From: the human T2T-CHM13v2.0 reference genome, Homo sapiens
Strand: one strand, 5' to 3'
DNA: 64,000 nt
Assembly (NCBI RefSeq): GCF_009914755.1
Contig: NC_060939.1
The notes below the pieces were generated by a model. It had not been told where the DNA came from. It searched no databases and saw nothing but the letters and a program-made list of their open reading frames with translations. Position numbers and translations under genes: made by a program. Positions 55,410-64,000 of the stretch are shown here, one piece after another (positions within the stretch are counted from its first letter, which is position 1; the number at the start of each line of letters is the position of its first letter).

Positions 55410-58400
55410 ACTGCTGTATCAAAACAAAGGTTGAACTCTGTGAGTTGAGGACACACATCACAAATAAGTTTCTGAGAATGCTTCTGTCTAGTTTTTATTT
55501 GAAGATGTTTCCTTTTTCACCATAGGCCTGAAAGCGCTCGAAATGTCCACTTCCAGATAGTACAGAAAGAGTGTTTCAAACCTGCTCTATGAACGGGAAT
55601 GTTCAGCTCTGTGAGTTGAATGCAAACATCACAAAGCAGGTTCTGAGAATGCTTCCGTCTAGATTTTAAATGAGGATATTCCCGTTTCCAACGAAATCCT
55701 CGAAGCTATCCAAATATCCACTTGCAGATTCCACAAAAAGAGTGTTTCAAAACTGCTCTGTCAAAAGATAGGTTCAACTCTGTTAGTTGAGTACACACAT
55801 GGCAAACAAGATTCCGAGAATGCTTTCGTCTAGTTTTTTTGGGAAGATATTTCCTTCTTCACCATAGGCCTCAAAGCGCTCCAAATATCCATTTCCACAT
55901 GCTATACAAAGAGTGTCTCAAACCTGCTGTATGAATGGGAATGTTCAACTCTATGAGTTGAATGCAAACATCACAAAGAAGTTTCTGAGAATGCTGCTGT
56001 CTAGATTTTATATGAAGGTTTTCCCGTTTCCAACGAAATTTTCAATGCTCTCAAAATATCCTCTTGTAGATTCTACAAAAAGAGTGTTTCCAAACTGCTG
56101 TATCAAAACAAAGGTTCATCTCTGTTAGTTGAGGACACACATCACAAATAAGTTTCTGAGAATGCTTCTGTCTAGTTCTTATTTGAAGACATTTCCTTTC
56201 TCACCTTAGGCCTGAAAGCGCTCGAAATACCCACTTCCAGATACTACAGAAACAGTGATTCAAACCTGCTCTATGAAAGGGAATGTTCAACTATGTGACT
56301 TGAATGCAAACATCACAAAGCAGTTTCTGAGAATGCTGCTGTCTACTTTCTATTTGTAATCCCGTTTCCAACGAAATCCTCAGAACTATCGAAATTTCCA
56401 AATGCAGATTCCACAGAAACAGGGTTTCAAAGCTGCTCTGTAAAAAGAAAGGTTCAACTCTGTTAGTTGAATACACACGTCACAAACAAGTTTCTGAGAA
56501 TGCTTCTGTCTAGTTTTTATGGGAAGATATTTCCTTTTTCACCGTAGGCCTCAAAGCGCTCCAAATGTCCACTTCCACATACTACAAAAAGAGTGTTTCA
56601 AACCTGCTGTATGAAAGGGAATGTTCAACTCTATGAGTTGAATGCAAACGTTACAAAGAAGTTTCTGAGAATGCTTCTGTCTAGATTTTATATGAAGGTT
56701 TTCCCGTTTCCAACGAAATTTTCAATGCTCTCAAAATATCCACTTGTAGATTCTACAAAAAGAGTGTTTCCAAACTGCTGTGTCAAAAGAAAGGTTCAAC
56801 TCTGTTAGTTGAGGACACACATCACAAATAAGTTTCTGAGAATGCTTCTGTCTAGTTCTTATTTGAAGACATTTCCTTTCTCACCTTAGGCCTGAAAACG
56901 CTCGAAATATCCACTTCCAGATACGACAGAAACAGGGATTCAAACCTGCTCTATGAAAGGGAATGTTCAACTAGGTGACTTGAATGCAAACATCACAAAG
57001 CAGTTTCTGAGAATGCTGCTGTCTACTTTCTATTTGTAATCCCGTTTCCAACGAAATCCTCAGAACTATCGAAATTTCCAATTGCAGATTCCACAGAAAC
57101 AGGGTTTCAAAGCTGCTCTGTAAAAAGAAAGGTTCAACTCTGTTAGTTGAATACACACGTCACAAACAAGTTTCTGAGAATGCTTCTGTCTAGTTTTTAT
57201 GGGAAGATATTTCCTTTTTCACCGTAGGCCTCAAAGCGCTCCAAATGTCCACTTCCACATACTACAAAAAGAGTGTTTCAAACCTACTCTATGATAGGGA
57301 ATGTTGAAACCTATGAGTTGAATGCAAGCATTACAAAGTGGTTTCTGAGAATGCTTCTGTCTAGATTTTATATGTAGATATTCCCGTTTCCAACGAAATC
57401 CTCAAAGCTATCCAAATATCAACTTGCAGATTCTACAAAAGGAATGTTTCCAAAATGCTGTATCCAAACAAAGGTTCAACTCTGTGAATTGAGGGCATAC
57501 ATCACAAAGAAGATTCTGAGAATGCTTCTGTCTAGATTTTATATGAAAATATTCCCGTTTCCAACGAAATCCTCAAAGCTATCCAAATATCCACTTGCAA
57601 ATGCCACAAAAAGAGTGTTTCCAAACTGCTCTGTGAAAAGGAAGGTTCAACTCTGTTAGTTGAGTACACACATCACAAAGAGGTTTCTGAGAATGCTGCT
57701 GACTAGTTTTTATTTGAAGATATTTCCCTTTTCACCTTAGGCCTAAGAGTGCTCGAAATGTCCATTTCCACATACTCCACAAAGTGTGTTTCAAACGTGC
57801 TGTATGAAAGGGAATGTTCAACTCTATGAGTTGAATGCAAACATCACAAAGAAGATTCTGAGAATGCTTTTGTCTAGATTTTATATGAAGATATTCCCGT
57901 GTCCAACGAAATTTTCAAAGGTCTCCAAATATCCATTTGTAGATTCTACAAAAAGAGTGTTTCCAAACTGCTGTATCAAAACAAAGGTTGAACTCTGTGA
58001 GTTGAGGACACACATCACAAATAAGTTTCTGAGAATGCTTCTGTCTAGTTTTTATTTGAAGATGTTTCCTTTTTCACCATAGGCCTGAAAGCGCTCGAAA
58101 TGTCCACTTCCAGATAGTACAGAAAGAGTGTTTCAAACCTGGTCTATGAACGGGAATGTTCAGCTCTGTGAGTTGAATGCAAACATCACAAAGCAGGTTC
58201 TGAGAATGCTTCCGTCTAGATTTTAAATGAGGATATTCCCGTTTCCAACGAAATCCTCGAAGCTATCCAAATATCCACTTGCAGATTCCACAAAAAGAGT
58301 GTTTCAAAACTGCTCTGTCAAAAGATAGGTTCAACTCTGTTAGTTGAGTACACACATGGCAAACAAGATTCCGAGAATGCTTTCGTCTAGTTTTTTTGGG

Positions 58401-61400
58401 AAGATATTTCCTTTTTCACCGTAGGCCTCAAAGCGCTCCAAATGTCCACTTCCACATACTACAAAAAGAGTGTTTCAAACCTGCTGTATGAAAGGGAATG
58501 TTCAACTCTATGAGTTGAATGCAAACATTACAAAGAAGTTTCTGAGAATGCTTCTGTCTAGATTTTATATGAAGGTTTTCCCGTTTCCAACGAAATTTTC
58601 AATGCTCTCAAAATATCCACTTGTAGATTCTACAAAAAGAGTGTTTCCAAACTGCTGTGTGAAAAGAAAGGTTCACCTCTGTTAGTTGAGGACACACATC
58701 ACAAATAAGTTTCTGAGAATTCTTCTGTCTAGTTCTTATTTGAAGACATTTCCTTTCTCACCTTAGGCCTGAAAACGCTCGAAATATCCACTTCCAGATA
58801 CGACAGAAACAGTGATTCAAACCTGCTCTATGAAAGGGAATGTTCAACTAGGTGACTTGAATGCAAACATCACAAAGCAGTTTCTGAGAATGCTGCTGTC
58901 TACTTTCTATTTGTAATCCCGTTTCCAACGAAATCCTCAGAACTATCGAAATTTCCAATTGCAGATTCCACAAAAAGCGTGTTTCAAAGCTGCTCTGTAA
59001 AAAGAAAGGTTCAACTCTGTTAGTTGAATACGCACGTCACAAACAAGTTTCTGAGAATGCTTCTGTCTAGTTTTTATGGGAAGATATTTCCTTTTTCACC
59101 GTAGGCCTCAAAGCGCTCCAAATGTCCACTTCCACATACTACAAAAAGAGTGTTTCAAACCTGCTCTATGATAGGGAATGTTGAAACCTATGAGTTGAAT
59201 GCAAGCATTACAAAGAGGTTTCTGAGAATGCTTCTGTCTAGATTTTATATGTAGATATTCCCGTTTCCAACGAAATCCTCAAAGCTATCCAAATATCAAC
59301 TTGCAGATTCTACAAAAGGAATGTTTCCAAAATGCTGTATCCAAACAAAGGTTCAACTCTGTGAATTGAGGGCATACATCACAAAGAAGATTCTGAGAAT
59401 GCTTCTGTCTAGATTTTATATGAAAATATTCCCGTTTCCAACGAAATCCTCAAAGCTATCCAAATATCCACTTGCAAATGCCACAAAAAGAGTGTTTCCA
59501 AACTGCTCTGTGAAAAGGAAGGTTCAACTCTGTTAGTTGAGTACACACATCACAAAGAGGTTTCTGAGAATGCTGCTGACTAGTTTTTATTTGAAGATAT
59601 TTCCCTTTTCACCTTAGGCCTAAGAGTGCTCGAAATGTCCATTTCCACATACTCCACAAAGTGTGTTTCAAACGTGCTGTATGAAAGGGAATGTTCAACT
59701 CTATCAGTTGAATGCAAACATCACAAAGAAGACTCTGAGAATGCTTTTGTCTAGATTTTATATGAAGATATTCCCGTGTCCAACGAAATTTTCAAAGGTC
59801 TCCAAATATCCATTTGTAGATTCTACAAAAAGAGTGTTTCCAAACTGCTGTATCAAAACAAAGGTTGAACTCTGTGAGTTGAGGACACACATCACAAATA
59901 AGTTTCTGAGAATGCTTCTGTCTAGTTTTTATTTGAAGATGTTTCCTTTTTCACCATAGGCCTGAAAGCGCTCGAAATGTCCACTTCCAGATAGTACAGA
60001 AAGAGTGTTTCAAACCTGCTCTATGAACGGGAATGTTCAGCTCTGTGAGTTGAATGCAAACATCACAAAGCAGGTTCTGAGAATGCTTCCGTCTAGATTT
60101 TAAATGAGGATATTCCCGTTTCCAACGAAATCCTCGAAGCTATCCAAATATCCACTTGCAGATTCCACAAAAAGAGTGTTTCAAAACTGCTCTGTCAAAA
60201 GATAGGTTCAACTCTGTTAGTTGAGTACACACATGGCAAACAAGATTCCGAGAATGCTTTCGTCTAGTTTTTTTGGGAAGATATTTCCTTCTTCACCATA
60301 GGCCTCAAAGCGCTCCAAATATCCATTTCCACATGCTATACAAAGAGTGTCTCAAACCTGCTGTATGAATGGGAATGTTCAACTCTATGAGTTGAATGCA
60401 AACATCACAAAGAAGTTTCTGAGAATGCTGCTGTCTAGATTTTATATGAAGGTTTTCCCGTTTCCAACGAAATTTTCAATGCTCTCAAAATATCCTCTTG
60501 TAGATTCTACAAAAAGAGTGTTTCCAAACTGCTGTATCAAAACAAAGGTTCATCTCTGTTAGTTGAGGACACACATCACAAATAAGTTTCTGAGAATGCT
60601 TCTGTCTAGTTCTTATTTGAAGACATTTCCTTTCTCACCTTAGGCCTGAAAGCGCTCGAAATACCCACTTCCAGATACTACAGAAACAGTGATTCAAACC
60701 TGCTCTATGAAAGGGAATGTTCAACTATGTGACTTGAATGCAAACATCACAAAGCAGTTTCTGAGAATGCTGCTGTCTACTTTCTATTTGTAATCCCGTT
60801 TCCAACGAAATCCTCAGAACTATCGAAATTTCCAAATGCAGATTCCACAGAAACAGGGTTTCAAAGCTGCTCTGTAAAAAGAAAGGTTCAACTCTATTAG
60901 TTAAATACACACGTCACAAACAAGTTTCTGAGAATGCTTCTGTCTAGTTTTTATGGGAAGATATTTCCTTTTTCACCGTAGGCCTCAAAGCGCTCCAAAT
61001 GTCCACTTCCACATACTACAAAAAGAGTGTTTCAAACCTGCTGTATGAAAGGGAATGTTCAACTCTATGAGTTGAATGCAAACGTTACAAAGAAGTTTCT
61101 GAGAATGCTTCTGTCTAGATTTTATATGAAGGTTTTCCCGTTTCCAACGAAATTTTCAATGCTCTCAAAATATCCACTTGTAGATTCTACAAAAAGAGTG
61201 TTTCCAAACTGCTGTGTCAAAAGAAAGGTTCAACTCTGTTAGTTGAGGACACACATCACAAATAAGTTTCTGAGAATGCTTCTGTCTAGTTCTTATTTGA
61301 AGACATTTCCTTTCTCACCTTAGGCCTGAAAACGCTCGAAATATCCACTTCCAGATACGACAGAAACAGGGATTCAAACCTGCTCTATGAAAGGGAATGT

Positions 61401-64000
61401 TCAACTAGGTGACTTGAATGCAAACATCACAAAGCAGTTTCTGAGAATGCTGCTGTCTACTTTCTATTTGTAATCCCGTTTCCAACGAAATCCTCAGAAC
61501 TATCGAAATTTCCAATTGCAGATTCCACAGAAACAGGGTTTCAAAGCTGCTCTGTAAAAAGAAAGGTTCAACTCTGTTAGTTGAATACACACGTCACAAA
61601 CAAGTTTCTGAGAATGCTTCTGTCTAGTTTTTATGGGAAGATATTTCCTTTTTCACCGTAGGCCTCAAAGCGCTCCAAATGTCCACTTCCACATACTACA
61701 AAAAGAGTGTTTCAAACCTACTCTATGATAGGGAATGTTGAAACCTATGAGTTGAATGCAAGCATTACAAAGTGGTTTCTGAGAATGCTTCTGTCTAGAT
61801 TTTATATGTAGATATTCCCGTTTCCAACGAAATCCTCAAAGCTATCCAAATATCAACTTGCAGATTCTACAAAAGGAATGTTTCCAAAATGCTGTATCCA
61901 AACAAAGGTTCAACTCTGTGAATTGAGGGCATACATCACAAAGAAGATTCTGAGAATGCTTCTGTCTAGATTTTATATGAAAATATTCCCGTTTCCAACG
62001 AAATCCTCAAAGCTATCCAAATATCCACTTGCAAATGCCACAAAAAGAGTGTTTCCAAACTGCTCTGTGAAAAGGAAGGTTCAACTCTGTTAGTTGAGTA
62101 CACACATCACAAAGAGGTTTCTGAGAATGCTGCTGACTAGTTTTTATTTGAAGATATTTCCCTTTTCACCTTAGGCCTAAGAGTGCTCGAAATGTCCATT
62201 TCCACATACTCCACAAAGTGTGTTTCAAACGTGCTGTATGAAAGGGAATGTTCAACTCTATGAGTTGAATGCAAACATCACAAAGAAGATTCTGAGAATG
62301 CTTTTGTCTAGATTTTATATGAAGATATTCCCGTGTCCAACGAAATTTTCAAAGGTCTCCAAATATCCATTTGTAGATTCTACAAAAAGAGTGTTTCCAA
62401 ACTGCTGTATCAAAACAAAGGTTGAACTCTGTGAGTTGAGGACACACATCACAAATAAGTTTCTGAGAATGCTTCTGTCTAGTTTTTATTTGAAGATGTT
62501 TCCTTTTTCACCATAGGCCTGAAAGCGCTCGAAATGTCCACTTCCAGATAGTACAGAAAGAGTGTTTCAAACCTGGTCTATGAACGGGAATGTTCAGCTC
62601 TGTGAGTTGAATGCAAACATCACAAAGCAGGTTCTGAGAATGCTTCCGTCTAGATTTTAAATGAGGATATTCCCGTTTCCAACGAAATCCTCGAAGCTAT
62701 CCAAATATCCACTTGCAGATTCCACAAAAAGAGTGTTTCAAAACTGCTCTGTCAAAAGATAGGTTCAACTCTGTTAGTTGAGTACACACATGGCAAACAA
62801 GATTCCGAGAATGCTTTCGTCTAGTTTTTTTGGGAAGATATTTCCTTTTTCACCGTAGGCCTCAAAGCGCTCCAAATGTCCACTTCCACATACTACAAAA
62901 AGAGTGTTTCAAACCTGCTGTATGAAAGGGAATGTTCAACTCTATGAGTTGAATGCAAACATTACAAAGAAGTTTCTGAGAATGCTTCTGTCTAGATTTT
63001 ATATGAAGGTTTTCCCGTTTCCAACGAAATTTTCAATGCTCTCAAAATATCCACTTGTAGATTCTACAAAAAGAGTGTTTCCAAACTGCTGTGTGAAAAG
63101 AAAGGTTCAACTCTGTTAGTTGAGGACACACATCACAAATAAGTTTCTGAGAATTCTTCTGTCTAGTTCTTATTTGAAGACATTTCCTTTCTCACCTTAG
63201 GCCTGAAAACGCTCGAAATATCCACTTCCAGATACGACAGAAACAGTGATTCAAACCTGCTCTATGAAAGGGAATGTTCAACTAGGTGACTTGAATGCAA
63301 ACATCACAAAGCAGTTTCTGAGAATGCTGCTGTCTACTTTCTATTTGTAATCCCGTTTCCAACGAAATCCTCAGAACTATCGAAATTTCCAATTGCAGAT
63401 TCCACAAAAAGCGTGTTTCAAAGCTGCTCTGTAAAAAGAAAGGTTCAACTCTGTTAGTTGAATACGCACGTCACAAACAAGTTTCTGAGAATGCTTCTGT
63501 CTAGTTTTTATGGGAAGATATTTCCTTTTTCACCGTAGGCCTCAAAGCGCTCCAAATGTCCACTTCCACATACTACAAAAAGAGTGTTTCAAACCTGCTC
63601 TATGATAGGGAATGTTGAAACCTATGAGTTGAATGCAAGCATTACAAAGAGGTTTCTGAGAATGCTTCTGTCTAGATTTTATATGTAGATATTCCCGTTT
63701 CCAACGAAATCCTCAAAGCTATCCAAATATCAACTTGCAGATTCTACAAAAGGAATGTTTCCAAAATGCTGTATCCAAACAAAGGTTCAACTCTGTGAAT
63801 TGAGGGCATACATCACAAAGAAGATTCTGAGAATGCTTCTGTCTAGATTTTATATGAAAATATTCCCGTTTCCAACGAAATCCTCAAAGCTATCCAAATA
63901 TCCACTTGCAAATGCCACAAAAAGAGTGTTTCCAAACTGCTCTGTGAAAAGGAAGGTTCAACTCTGTTAGTTGAGTACACACATCACAAAGAGGTTTCTG
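55410..64000. repeat. 4434-bp tandem duplication (26 monomers), about 1.9 copies visible
   Basis: Private SNPs recur at +4434: 56027/60461, 56936/61370, 58142/62576 and 58721/63155. Confidence 0.9.

Larger units (their letters stand above)
3398..56026. repeat. 25,181-bp tandem macro-repeat (12 HORs, 148 monomers), about 2.1 copies
   Basis: The HOR length series and rare SNPs recur at +25181, e.g. 14315/39496 and 9461/34642. Confidence 0.92.
1..64000 (-). repeat. Centromeric alpha-satellite higher-order repeat array (dimeric SF2-like; mixed 11-mer and 15-mer HORs)
   Basis: 171-bp periodicity of alphoid motifs (tttctgagaatgcttctgtctag, gttcaactctgtgagttgaatgc) throughout. CENP-B boxes read TTTCGTTGGAAACGGGA on the minus strand. 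HOR copies are near-identical while neighbouring monomers are clearly diverged. Confidence 0.99.
1..64000 (-). other. D15Z3: Probable assignment: human chromosome 15 active centromeric array D15Z3 (S2C15H1L)
   Basis: Inference from recalled knowledge: a dimeric A/B array with an ~1.88-kb 11-mer and an ~2.55-kb 15-mer containing a repeated 4-mer. Other SF2 11-mer arrays (D8Z2, D9Z4, D13Z1/D21Z1) are not excluded without alignment. Confidence 0.72.

Noticed and set aside
3398-56026. Macro-repeat as a simulated reference model or a pure misassembly
   Set aside because: Long-range linkage of rare SNPs does not fit a Markov-generated centromere model, and the copies differ at several sites. Misassembly is disfavoured but cannot be excluded without reads.
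113-63970. Over 100 short ORFs (61-98 aa, e.g. MFPKCCIQ..., MFQTCCMK..., MYSTNRVE...)
   Set aside because: They are translations of alpha-satellite. The 171-bp monomer is a multiple of 3, so frames persist by chance. Many start at GTG. They appear or vanish with single SNPs or the 21-bp deletion, and I recognise no domain. I used them only as positional markers.
1-64000. CRISPR-like pattern of conserved motifs separated by variable sequence
   Set aside because: The intervening sequences are homologous monomer parts rather than unique spacers, the period is 171 bp, and there are no cas genes.
1-64000. Transposon insertion (L1/Alu) or inversion
   Set aside because: HOR lengths sum exactly to 63,642 bp (113-63754), leaving no room for an insertion. 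All boxes share one orientation and there are no poly(A) tracts.
1-64000. Order of HOR variants as an encoded functional 'program'
   Set aside because: The order is explained by nested tandem duplication, deletion and conversion, and nothing in the sequence supports an information-carrying role.

Overview
The whole 64 kb is an uninterrupted, single-orientation primate (most likely human) centromeric alpha-satellite array of ~171-bp monomers. CENP-B-box and pJalpha (A-box) monomers alternate in a dimeric, SF2-like pattern, with the boxes on the minus strand. I found no genes, RNA genes, transposons or inversions, and all listed ORFs are by-products of the repeat. Between 113 and 63754 there are 30 complete higher-order repeats (HORs): 17 x 1877 bp (11-mer), 2 x 1856 bp (11-mer with a 21-bp deletion), 6 x 2557/2556 bp (15-mer) and 5 x 2536 bp (15-mer with the deletion). 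An 11-mer plus a 15-mer containing a duplicated 4-mer best fits the active chromosome 15 array D15Z3 (S2C15H1L); this is from recall, not a search. The interesting signal is architectural: nested tandem duplications of 680, 2536, 4434, 5631 and 6290 bp and a 25,181-bp macro-repeat, plus mappable recombination junctions and likely gene-conversion tracts. I see no new protein-based biological system. All comparisons were made by eye and with ORF-track coordinates.
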